Below are positions 48,717 through 57,821 of a stretch of 64,000 nucleotides of DNA, piece by piece. Numbering within the stretch: position 1 is the first letter of the stretch; each line of letters starts with the position of its first letter. Source of the DNA: Halodesulfurarchaeum sp. (GTDB lineage: Archaea; Halobacteriota; Halobacteria; Halobacteriales; Halobacteriaceae). The stretch lies in the NCBI GenBank assembly GCA_034520565.1, contig JAXHNL010000002.1, positions 1,216,001 through 1,280,000 of the forward strand. Reading direction: 5' to 3'. A program made the position numbers and the translations under genes. The notes beneath the pieces are model-generated. The model was not told the DNA's origin. It ran no database searches and worked only from the letters and a program-made list of their open reading frames with translations.

Positions 48717-49889
48717 ATGGCAAAGGATTTCTCGAAACTGGGGACGCTCCTCGCTGAGCAGGACCTCGGGGGCTATCTGCTCGATGCCGATTCGACCCAC
48801 GCGAACCAGTACTACCTCTCCGAGTTCGACGCCCCCGACCCGTTTCTCACGCTGTTCACGCCCGACCGAACTGCAATCCTCACTTCGGCGCTCGAATACG
48901 GCCGGGCCGAATCCGAAAGCCGCGCGGACACCGTTCGGCAGCTCGCCGCGTACGACTACCGGGACAAGGCAGCCGAACACGGCCGGGACACCGCCAGGGG
49001 ACTGGTCTACGCAGCGTTCCTCGCCGAGTTCGCGGTGGACTCGGTTGTTGCGGATCGACGCTTCCCGCTGTTCACCGCCGACTCCCTCCGGGAGCAGGGA
49101 ATCGAGGTGAGGGTCGACCGGGACGACGTGCTCGATTCGATCAGGGCACGGAAGACCGAGACGGAACTCGATCATATCCGCGAGGCCCAGGTGGCAACCG
49201 AGGCGGCGATGGCCGCGGCAGCGGAGATGCTCGCCGAAGCGACGATCGGCGACGAGACGCTTTTCCTCGACGGCGAGGCCCTGACGAGCGAGCGGGTGCG
49301 AACGACCATCGAACGGACCCTCCTGGATCTGGGCTTTGCCCTCGACGAGACGATCGTCGCAAGCGGCCCGGCCGGGGCGAAACCACACGATCGGGGATCG
49401 GGTCCGATCGCTGCGAACGAATCGGTTATCGTCGACATTTTCCCCCGATCGAAGACGACGAAGTATCATGCAGATATGACCCGGACGTTCGTTCGGGGGG
49501 ACCCCGACCCACGGATCCGCGAGTTTTACGACCTCACGCGGGAGGCAAAGGCCGCCGCGATGGACGCGATCGAACCGGGGGCCACGGGGGCAGACGTGCA
49601 CGATGCGGTCTGTGACGTCTACGAGGCTGCCGGACATCCGACGCTCCGCTCCGATGAGTCGACGAACACGGGGTTCATCCACAGCACCGGCCACGGCGTC
49701 GGGCTCGAAGTGCACGAACACCCACAGGTAAGCCCGGAAGGCGGCGAACTCGAACCGGGGCACGTCATCACGGTCGAACCGGGGCTCTACGACCCTGCGG
49801 TCGGAGGCGTCCGCATCGAGGATCTCGTGGTCGTCACCGAGGACGGCTACGAGAATCTCACGGACTACCCGGAAACGCTGGTGCTGTAG
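48717..49889 (+). CDS. M24 family (Xaa-Pro) aminopeptidase
   Basis: [26 protein letters not shown] and GVRIED motifs. Confidence 0.92.
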   Translation: MAKDFSKLGTLLAEQDLGGYLLDADSTHANQYYLSEFDAPDPFLTLFTPDRTAILTSALEYGRAESESRADTVRQLAAYDYRDKAAEHGRDTARGLVYAAFLAEFAVDSVVADRRFPLFTADSLREQGIEVRVDRDDVLDSIRARKTETELDHIREAQVATEAAMAAAAEMLAEATIGDETLFLDGEALTSERVRTTIERTLLDLGFALDETIVASGPAGAKPHDRGSGPIAANESVIVDIFPRSKTTKYHADMTRTFVRGDPDPRIREFYDLTREAKAAAMDAIEPGATGADVHDAVCDVYEAAGHPTLRSDESTNTGFIHSTGHGVGLEVHEHPQVSPEGGELEPGHVITVEPGLYDPAVGGVRIEDLVVVTEDGYENLTDYPETLVL

Positions 49890-50053
49890 GCAGTTCTCGC
49901 GAACCGTCGACTCCTGTCACGGGATCCGGACGGATGGCCGGGGTGTGAACGGACCGTTCGAGCCGGGTGAGCAGATCAAGCCGGGTGAGCGGACAACTCT
50001 CGCTGGCTGATCAGAGCGAATCCTTTTGTCCGGGCACGGGCAAACCCAAGCAA

Positions 50054-50779
50054 ATGGACGTCTTGATCGTCGGATCCGGCGACGTGGGTCGGTGGTTCGG
50101 CTCGCTCTGGGACGACCCTGTCGCCTTCGCCGACGCCGAACGGGCGGTTGCCGAACGGGCGGCCGGGGACGTTGCAAACGCAGCTGTGGCCGATCTCGCC
50201 GGCAGTGATTCCTTCGACGTGGTTGCTGTGGCGGTTCCGATGCGGGTGGCCGAAACGGTCATCGCCGACCAGGCAGATCGGGCCGAGCGAGCCCTCGTCG
50301 ATTTCACCGGATCGATGACCGAACCCCTCGAGACGATGGCCGAGGCGGCTCCGGATCTCGAGCAGGTGAGTTTCCACCCGCTCTTCGCGCCGGAGCACGC
50401 CCCGGGTCGGGTGGCGAAGTCGGTTGGCACCCCGGGACCGACTGTCGATGCGATCACCAGAGCCCTCGTCGACGCCGGAAACACCATCGTTCCCGTCGAA
50501 GCGGGCGTCCACGATGACGCGATGGGCACGGTGCAGGGTCGGGTCCACGCGGCCGTCCTCGCGTTTGGCCTCGCCAGGGATCCGGTCCCCGAGGGGCTCG
50601 AAACGCCGGTCTACGAGGAGATGGAGGCGCTTCGGGAGCGGGTCACGTCCGGATCGCCGGGCGTGTACGCCGACATACAGGATCGATTCGACGGAGCCGA
50701 GGCACTTGAACGGGCCCTCGACCGACTTCACGAAGCCGACCGCGCCGAATTCGAGTCACTCTACGACGATGCCGGTTGA
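50054..50779 (+). CDS. tyrA: Prephenate dehydrogenase
   Basis: IVGSGDVG, FHPLF and HDDAM...Q motifs. Confidence 0.8.
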   Translation: MDVLIVGSGDVGRWFGSLWDDPVAFADAERAVAERAAGDVANAAVADLAGSDSFDVVAVAVPMRVAETVIADQADRAERALVDFTGSMTEPLETMAEAAPDLEQVSFHPLFAPEHAPGRVAKSVGTPGPTVDAITRALVDAGNTIVPVEAGVHDDAMGTVQGRVHAAVLAFGLARDPVPEGLETPVYEEMEALRERVTSGSPGVYADIQDRFDGAEALERALDRLHEADRAEFESLYDDAG

Positions 50780-52175
50780 CAGAGCGGCGATTCGGGACAC
50801 GGCGAAGTACCTCCGGCAGGTCCGCCCGATCGACCCCGCCGAAATCAGCGAGTACGTTCCGGAGCAGCCCGATCCCCGCGTCGTGCGACAGGTTCTCCGG
50901 GAGCAGGCGATGGAACTCGGCCTCGCCGAGGGCCCGGACGGGGCCTTTCGTCCGGCCGCGACAGGACCGTTTCGCCGCGAATTCGACGGCGTCGAACGGC
51001 TTCCCGAGCAGTACGAAACCCGTCTGACTGACCTGCTTGTGGAGCAGTACGGATCGGATTGGAACCGGGGGGAGACGGGGGCCGAGATCCGCGACCGGAT
51101 CGGCCGCCTGAAGGCGGATTACTTCGACGGTCGGTCGGTGACTTACGACCGGGACGTCGCGCTGGCCTACGCGATCTACCACCTCGCGGACTACTACGCG
51201 AGCACCCAGTACGTGCTCGCGGCCCTCTCCCGGGACGGGCTCATCCCGAGTCGGGCTCGGGTGCTCGATGTCGGCGCCGGGGTCGGTGGTCCGGCCCTCG
51301 CGTTTGCGGACTTCTACGCCGCTGACCGCGGCCCCGAAGCGCTCCCGATTCTCGAGTATCACGCGGTCGAACCCTCGGCGGCAGCCGAGGTCCTCGACGC
51401 GCTGCTCGGGAACGGGCCACGAAACGTCACGACAGCTATCCATCGCGAAACTGCGGAGGCCTTCGATTCGGCCGGGACCTTCGATCTCGTCTTCTTCAAC
51501 AACGTGCTCTCGGAACTCGACACGCCCGTCGAGACGGCTGCCCGATACCTCGACTTCCTCGCGGAGTCCGGTTCGCTCGTCCTGACGGCCCCCGCAGACC
51601 GGAACACGAGCATTCAGCTGCGAACCGTCGAGCGCGACCTCGAGGACTGGGGCGCGACGGTCTATGGTCCGACGGTCCGTCTCTGGGCTGGGGAACGACC
51701 CACCGACACGTGCTGGTCGTTCGACCGGCGGCCGGACATCGCGGTTCCAGCCTTCCAGTCCGCGCTGGCCGGGGAAGCGGATCGACCCGCGTCGGTCACG
51801 AACACTGCCGTCAAGTACTCTCACTCGGTGCTCCGAATGGACGGAACGCGACGGTACGATCTGGCACTCGACCGATCGAACGTCGCGATGATGGCCGAGA
51901 TGGAGACCCACGTCGGCAGCCGTATCGATCTCGTCGCCGCGAAACTCTCCCGGGACCTCTCGGAGGGGGGCCATCCGCTCTTCAAAGTGAGCGACGGGAG
52001 CGAATCTGCCAGCCACTTCGCCGTGCTGGTCAACGAAACCGAGTTGAACCGTGACCTGTTGGCCGCCGAATACGGCGATTTGCTCCAGATAACCGCCGGT
52101 CTAGCCCTTTACAACGACGATCAGGACGCGTACAACATCGTCGTCGACGAGGAGACGATAGTGGACGCGGCCTGA
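50769..52175 (+). CDS. SAM-dependent methyltransferase (Rsm22-like)
   Basis: VLDVGAGVGG and FDLV...NVLSEL motifs. Confidence 0.8.
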   Translation: MPVDRAAIRDTAKYLRQVRPIDPAEISEYVPEQPDPRVVRQVLREQAMELGLAEGPDGAFRPAATGPFRREFDGVERLPEQYETRLTDLLVEQYGSDWNRGETGAEIRDRIGRLKADYFDGRSVTYDRDVALAYAIYHLADYYASTQYVLAALSRDGLIPSRARVLDVGAGVGGPALAFADFYAADRGPEALPILEYHAVEPSAAAEVLDALLGNGPRNVTTAIHRETAEAFDSAGTFDLVFFNNVLSELDTPVETAARYLDFLAESGSLVLTAPADRNTSIQLRTVERDLEDWGATVYGPTVRLWAGERPTDTCWSFDRRPDIAVPAFQSALAGEADRPASVTNTAVKYSHSVLRMDGTRRYDLALDRSNVAMMAEMETHVGSRIDLVAAKLSRDLSEGGHPLFKVSDGSESASHFAVLVNETELNRDLLAAEYGDLLQITAGLALYNDDQDAYNIVVDEETIVDAA

Positions 52176-52227
52176 GTGTCTCACCGACAGCGGTGCGCTT
52201 TTGCGGTGGGGCCTCCTCGGCTTTCCT

Positions 52228-53007
52228 ATGTCCGGGTCCCCCGACATTCTCGTGACGAACGACGACGGCATCGAGAGCCCCGGCATTCGGGCCCTCGCGG
52301 CGGAACTCTCGACGGTCGGGGACGTGACGGTCGTCGCGCCCGCGGACAACCAGAGCGCGGTGGGGCGGGCCAGCTCGCGGGAGGTGCGGGTGCAGGAGTC
52401 GGACCTCGGCTACGCCATCGAAGGGACGCCCGTCGACTGTGTCGTCGCCGGGATCGGTTCGTTGGCCCCGTATCCCGACATCGTGGTTGCCGGCATCAAC
52501 AAGGGTGCGAACCTCGGCATGTACGTCCTCGGTCGCTCCGGGACGGTGAGCGCCGCCGTCGAGGCCGCCTTCTTCGACGTCCCGGCGATTGCCGCCTCCC
52601 TTTACTTGCCCGACGAGAAGTGGAAGCGCTCTTTGAAACAGGCCGACTACGAGCACGCCGCCCGGGCGACCCGGCACGTTGTCGAGGCGAGTCTCGAAAG
52701 CGGCGTCTTCGAGGACGCGGATTACCTCAATCTGAACGCCCCGGACCCCGACATCGAACCGAAGGGGATGCGGATTACCCGCCCGTCCCGCGCCTACGAT
52801 ATGACCGCCGAACGGGACGGCACGTGGGTCTCGCTCAAGGATCGGATGTGGCAGCGGATGGAAACCGGGAGTCTCGCCGACGACCCGGATACGGACCGCC
52901 GGGCTGTCGTCGAAGGCCAGATCAGCGTGTCTGCGCTCACGGCCCCACACACCCCGGAAGGGCAAGGCTCGCTCGAGGAGGTCGTTTCGTCCTATCGCAC
53001 AGCCTGA
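52228..53007 (+). CDS. surE: 5'/3'-nucleotidase SurE
   Basis: ILVTNDDG, GTPVDC, GIN-x-G-x-N and SGTVSAA motifs. Confidence 0.95.
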   Translation: MSGSPDILVTNDDGIESPGIRALAAELSTVGDVTVVAPADNQSAVGRASSREVRVQESDLGYAIEGTPVDCVVAGIGSLAPYPDIVVAGINKGANLGMYVLGRSGTVSAAVEAAFFDVPAIAASLYLPDEKWKRSLKQADYEHAARATRHVVEASLESGVFEDADYLNLNAPDPDIEPKGMRITRPSRAYDMTAERDGTWVSLKDRMWQRMETGSLADDPDTDRRAVVEGQISVSALTAPHTPEGQGSLEEVVSSYRTA

Positions 53008-53033
53008 TACCGCATCGCTTGCAGCAATTTGGC

Positions 53034-53348
53034 TTACCGCTTCTCCCGCTGTTCGACCTTGTTCAACTCGATGAGCAGCCGGAAAATAGCCTTGACCAGG
53101 TTGGCGTCGACGTCGAACTGCTCGGCGTTCTCCCCGGCTCGCTCCATGACGGCCTGTTCCTGGGTCTCGTCCGTCGTGGGCAGCCCTTCCTCGGCTTTCA
53201 CTTCGGCGATCGTGTCCGCGACGTACGTTCGCCGGGCGATCAGTTCGACGATGTCGTGATCGATCATCCGGATCTCCTCGCGGAGGTCCTCCAGTGACAT
53301 CTCCTCGGTGGGCTTGCCCCCCGACCTCGTTCGCGATGGTTCGCTCAT
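53034..53348 (-). CDS. Chorismate mutase (AroQ type)
   Basis: LEDLREEI-x-x-ID-x-x-IVELIARR. Confidence 0.9.
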   Translation of the reverse strand: MSEPSRTRSGGKPTEEMSLEDLREEIRMIDHDIVELIARRTYVADTIAEVKAEEGLPTTDETQEQAVMERAGENAEQFDVDANLVKAIFRLLIELNKVEQREKR

Positions 53349-54193
53349 TCTACGATCGCCCCGTCGGTCTGTGTTCGTGTCCGGATGACCTTCCCGTTTC
53401 GCTTTTTCCATCGGTCCGCGACGGTTTCGATCGCGTCGCGCTCCCCGACGGCCACGTAACTCGGGCCGGTTCCGGAGAGGGATACCCCGTCGGCCGCCGG
53501 GAGGGCTTCGATCATGGGTTCGCTCGGCCGTTCGAGTGCGGCCGCGTACGCGAACCCGTTGATCGTCATCGCGTTCTCGTAGCGACCGCTTTCGGCCAGT
53601 TCCAGCACGACGTCCGCGATCGGGGCGATTCGCTCGCACCGCCTGACGTTTGCATCGGCACTGAACCCCCGTTCTGGCGGCATCCACACCGCCACGTCCC
53701 AGTCGACGATCTCCCGGCTGAGGAGCCGATCCTCGGTGTTGTCCGAGATCGTCACTCCCCCGAGCATGCTCGCGCTGGCGTCGTCGAAGGCCCCAGTGAC
53801 GGTCACGCCGGCGTCTCTGGCCGCCTCGACCCCGATCCTGGCCGCGTCCTCTCGGCTCATGCTGTCCGCCTCGTCGAGGGCCGAAAGGGCTGCCAGCACG
53901 GCCGCGTTCGCGGCCGCACTCGAACTCTTGAGCCCGGAGGCCAGCGGGACCTCACTTTCGGTTCTGACCGTCGCTCCCTCGACCTCACCGACCGATTCGA
54001 GGACCAGCTCGACGGCCCGTTCGACGAGGCTCGTATCGGCGTCCGGGTCCTCTGCGATTTCGCCCTGGACCGTCCCGCCGCCAAGCGTGACGTCTGCGGT
54101 CACGTAGCGATCGATGGCGAAAGCGGACCCGTATCCCGTGGCGAGGGCGTTAAGAACCGTCCCCGCAGCCGGGGCCCGTGCACGTCCGTCCAT
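53345..54193 (-). CDS. aroK: Archaeal (GHMP-type) shikimate kinase
   Basis: NALATG, PLASGLKSSSAA, TGAFDD and SGTGPS motifs. Confidence 0.95.
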   Translation of the reverse strand: MDGRARAPAAGTVLNALATGYGSAFAIDRYVTADVTLGGGTVQGEIAEDPDADTSLVERAVELVLESVGEVEGATVRTESEVPLASGLKSSSAAANAAVLAALSALDEADSMSREDAARIGVEAARDAGVTVTGAFDDASASMLGGVTISDNTEDRLLSREIVDWDVAVWMPPERGFSADANVRRCERIAPIADVVLELAESGRYENAMTINGFAYAAALERPSEPMIEALPAADGVSLSGTGPSYVAVGERDAIETVADRWKKRNGKVIRTRTQTDGAIVE

Positions 54194-54277
54194 GCCCCGC
54201 AGTTCAGCCAGCGGTCACTTACGGTTGCCGGTCCCGAAGAACGCGGGGCTTTTGGCGACGGACGGGAAACCCCAGCC

Positions 54278-54703
54278 ATGACCGCTCGCGGCGACGTGGC
54301 ACCCGAACCGCTCGGCGTCGAACTGGACGAGGACGGCATTTACGTACAGTACCGGGACAACCGTCGGGTGTTCTACAACGGGATTCCCGAGGTCGTCACC
54401 GGCACGCTCCGCTGTCGGCCGGGGAAGGACGTGCAGGTGCTGGTGACCGACGAATCCGAAGCCGAAGGGGTGATGACCTACGTGAATGAGCGAAAGACCG
54501 AGGACGGCATTCTCGAATCGAGCGGGGTGGGCCGCGTTTTTCTCGAGTCGGGCGAGGAGGCGGAACTCTTCGAGGGCGTCACCGCCAGGCTCGACGGGCT
54601 CGCCGTGGAAGTGACCGCGGATATGGACCGGATCGATGGCCGGGTCTTCGTCTTCGAGGAGGACGAACTCGGCGAGGAGATGTACGAACTCCGGGAGGCC
54701 TGA
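54278..54703 (+). CDS. Conserved haloarchaeal protein (DUF5796-like)
   Basis: Acidic ORF with GKDVQVLVTD and ILESSGVGRV. Confidence 0.7.
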   Translation: MTARGDVAPEPLGVELDEDGIYVQYRDNRRVFYNGIPEVVTGTLRCRPGKDVQVLVTDESEAEGVMTYVNERKTEDGILESSGVGRVFLESGEEAELFEGVTARLDGLAVEVTADMDRIDGRVFVFEEDELGEEMYELREA

Positions 54704-54838
54704 CTACTGGAGATACGACGGGTCCTCTGCGTCGCAGTTTTCCTCGTGCTGGCCTGCCTCCTCCCGGTCGTCGAACATCATCCCGCACTTTTCACAGACG
54801 TACCAGGTCGAGCCGTCCTTTTCCGTTTCCTCCACCAT
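54704..54838 (-). CDS. 44-aa C2HC-type zinc-finger microprotein
   Basis: WYVCEKCGMMF...HEENC...PSYLQ. Confidence 0.7.
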   Translation of the reverse strand: MVEETEKDGSTWYVCEKCGMMFDDREEAGQHEENCDAEDPSYLQ

Positions 54839-54911
54839 GGACGTATATCGATTCGCCGGCAGTATAGGCATTCCCCCGCCACGCTTTAGGCCGTCGGCTC
54901 GAAGGCAGCAC

Positions 54912-56999
54912 ATGAGCGGGAACGCGCCGGTCGAGGCCGTCTTGCGGGAATCTCGGTCCCGGGACGCGGGGCAGGGAGTCATCAGGCTCTCACGAGAGCT
55001 CATGCGCGAGTTGGGAATTCTCAGCGGGGAGACAGTCCAGATCGAAGGTGGGTCGACGACTGTCGCCCGGGTCTGGCCAGGGCGGGACACGCTTGGTCGG
55101 AACGAGATCCGGGCCGACGGTGAACTCAGGGCGAATGCCGAGGCAGCGATTGGGGACCGCGTCACGGTCTCTCCGGTCGAACTTGTCGACGCCGAACAGG
55201 TAACACTCGTTCCGACTGCCGATTCCGGACGGGATCGCGACGCGATCGAGGACGCGTTAGGGACCCGGTTGCTGAACCGCTCGGTCCGGTCGGGCCAGCA
55301 GGTCAAAGTCGACTCGCTTGGCGCGATCGGCGAGTTCCGGGTGAATTCGACGGAGCCGACGGGCCCGGTCCGGATCACCGAAGAAACGTCGATCGTGGTT
55401 GGCAAAGGGACCGATGGCTCGAACGGCGTCGGGGTCACCTACGAGGACATCGGTGGGCTCGACGCCGAACTCGATGCCGTGCGGGAACTGGTCGAGGTGC
55501 CACTCGCGGAGCCGGGACTCTTCAGGCGACTGGGTATCGACCCGCCGAAGGGGATTCTTCTCTATGGCCCGCCTGGCACGGGGAAGACCCGGATCGCCAG
55601 GGCAGTCGCCAACGAGGCAAACGCCCATTTCATCTCGGTGTCGGGCCCGGAGATCGTCCAGAAGTACAAGGGCGAGTCCGAACAGCAAATCCGGGAGATC
55701 TTCGAGGAGGCCCGTTCGGAGGCCCCGAGTGTGGTCTTCTTCGACGAACTCGACGCGATCGCCGGCAAGCGGGATGGCGGTGGCGACATGGAGAACCGGA
55801 TCGTCGCCCAGTTGCTTGCCGAACTCGACGGACTGGAGGTCCGAGGCGAAATGGTCGTTATCGGGGCGACCAACCGCGTCGACGCGATCGATCCGGCGCT
55901 TCGCCGGCCCGGGCGATTCGACCGGGAGGTCGAGATCGGGGTTCCCGATCGGGACGGTCGCGAGGAGATACTCCGGATCCATACCCGTGGGATGCCCCTG
56001 GCCGAGGACGTCGACCTCGCCGATCTCGCCGATCGGACCCACGGCTTCGTCGGCGCCGACCTCCAGGCCCTTGTCGTCGAGGCCGCGATGGACGCGCTCG
56101 CCCGGCATCGGGACGACGACGCGTCGGAACTGCTCGTCGAACGGGCAGATCTCGAAGGGGCACTGTCGGCGGTCGAACCCTCCGCGATGCGGGAGTTCGT
56201 CGCGGAACTGCCGGAGACGTCCTTCGATGACATCGGCGGCCTCGACTCGATAAAACGGACGTTGCGTGAAGCAGTGGAGTGGCCACGGACCCACCGGGAC
56301 CTGTTCGACGAGACCGACACCGATCCCCCATCTGGGATTCTTCTCCATGGACCGCCGGGAACCGGGAAGACGATGCTCGCACGCGCCGTCGCGAGCGAGA
56401 GCGGGGTGAACTTCGTGCGGGTTGCCGGCCCCGAACTCTACGACCGGTACGTCGGCGAATCCGAGCGGGCCGTCCGCGAACTCTTCGAGCGGGCCCGCCA
56501 GGCCGCCCCCTCGGTCATCTTTCTCGACGAACTCGACGCGATCGCCGGCAAGCGTGGGGATACCCAGGAGGTGACCGAGCGGGTGGTCTCCCAGCTCCTG
56601 ACCGAACTCGACGGGGCCGCAGCCGATCCGAACCTCATCGTGCTCGCGGCCACGAACCGATACGACGCGATCGATCCGGCCCTTCTTCGACCGGGACGAC
56701 TCGAGCGTCACGTGTACGTTCCGAACCCGGACGCGGTCGCTCGCCGGGAGATCCTGCAGGTCAAGATGGCGACGAAACCCCTCGCAGACGACGTGGATCT
56801 CGACGCTCTGGCAGCCGACACGAACGGCTACACCGGGGCCGACCTCGAAGCCCTGGTTCGGGAGGCGTCGATGCGGGCGATCAGGGACGCCGTAGCGGAC
56901 GGCGACGAGGCCGACGACGGAGTTATGCTCACCGCGGCACACTTCTCGGATGCGATGGACGTCGTTACTGCAGCGGAGGAATCCCCCCGTCGGGACTGA
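54912..56999 (+). CDS. cdc48: CDC48/VCP family AAA ATPase
   Basis: N-domain plus two GPPGTGKT / DELDAI / RPGR modules. Confidence 0.93.
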   Translation: MSGNAPVEAVLRESRSRDAGQGVIRLSRELMRELGILSGETVQIEGGSTTVARVWPGRDTLGRNEIRADGELRANAEAAIGDRVTVSPVELVDAEQVTLVPTADSGRDRDAIEDALGTRLLNRSVRSGQQVKVDSLGAIGEFRVNSTEPTGPVRITEETSIVVGKGTDGSNGVGVTYEDIGGLDAELDAVRELVEVPLAEPGLFRRLGIDPPKGILLYGPPGTGKTRIARAVANEANAHFISVSGPEIVQKYKGESEQQIREIFEEARSEAPSVVFFDELDAIAGKRDGGGDMENRIVAQLLAELDGLEVRGEMVVIGATNRVDAIDPALRRPGRFDREVEIGVPDRDGREEILRIHTRGMPLAEDVDLADLADRTHGFVGADLQALVVEAAMDALARHRDDDASELLVERADLEGALSAVEPSAMREFVAELPETSFDDIGGLDSIKRTLREAVEWPRTHRDLFDETDTDPPSGILLHGPPGTGKTMLARAVASESGVNFVRVAGPELYDRYVGESERAVRELFERARQAAPSVIFLDELDAIAGKRGDTQEVTERVVSQLLTELDGAAADPNLIVLAATNRYDAIDPALLRPGRLERHVYVPNPDAVARREILQVKMATKPLADDVDLDALAADTNGYTGADLEALVREASMRAIRDAVADGDEADDGVMLTAAHFSDAMDVVTAAEESPRRD

Positions 57000-57050
57000 T
57001 CGACGGGGCGAATCGACACGTTCTCCCGTTTCTCGGCCTCACGGACACCT

Positions 57051-57707
57051 ATGATTCGGGCCGTCGTGTTCGACATGGACGGGGTGATCGTCGACACCGA
57101 GCAGTACTGGGTCGAGGCCGAGCGCGGGATCCTCGACGCCGCATTGCCCGACGGTCACGACGTCGACCCCCACGACATCACGGGCATCAACGTCCACGAG
57201 CAATACGAGATGCTCGCCGAGGAGTACGAACTTCAGGTCACGCAGGCCGAATACTTCGATCTCTTCGACCGGGAAGCCGAAGGTGTGTACGAGCAGGCCG
57301 ACCTCCTTCCCGGGTTTCACGACCTCCTCGACGCCATCGAGGAACGCGATCTGCCGATCGGCCTAGCGACCTCCTCGTATCCCCGCTGGATCGATATCGT
57401 CTTCGAGACCCACGATCTCGACGGGCGGTTCGACGAGGTGCTGAGCGCGGCGAACCTGGACGGGCCGGGCAAACCCGAACCGCTGATCTACGAGACCGTG
57501 GCCGAGCGGCTGGCGGTCGATCCGTCTGCGATGCTGGTGATCGAAGACTCGGAGAACGGGGTCGCCGCCGCAGCGGCCGCCGGAGCATACACGATTGCCT
57601 ACGCCGCGAACGCACACGACGCCGTCGATCACTCGCCCGCTGACGAGATTGTTGAGACGCCCGGGGAGCTCCGAGCCAGGTTGCTGGCCCGTCTCGACGC
57701 CAAATAA
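57051..57707 (+). CDS. HAD-family phosphatase
   Basis: FDMDGV, GKPEP and IEDS motifs. Confidence 0.92.
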   Translation: MIRAVVFDMDGVIVDTEQYWVEAERGILDAALPDGHDVDPHDITGINVHEQYEMLAEEYELQVTQAEYFDLFDREAEGVYEQADLLPGFHDLLDAIEERDLPIGLATSSYPRWIDIVFETHDLDGRFDEVLSAANLDGPGKPEPLIYETVAERLAVDPSAMLVIEDSENGVAAAAAAGAYTIAYAANAHDAVDHSPADEIVETPGELRARLLARLDAK

Positions 57708-57821
57708 CGAACAGGCGAAACGATTTCCTCGGCGAACAGGCGTTTCGCACACCCGCGGCCCTGCCCGCCGCAGTTCTCAGTGCATGGGCCTGGCTTGCCC
57801 GGTAATCGCTTATAAACCTCC

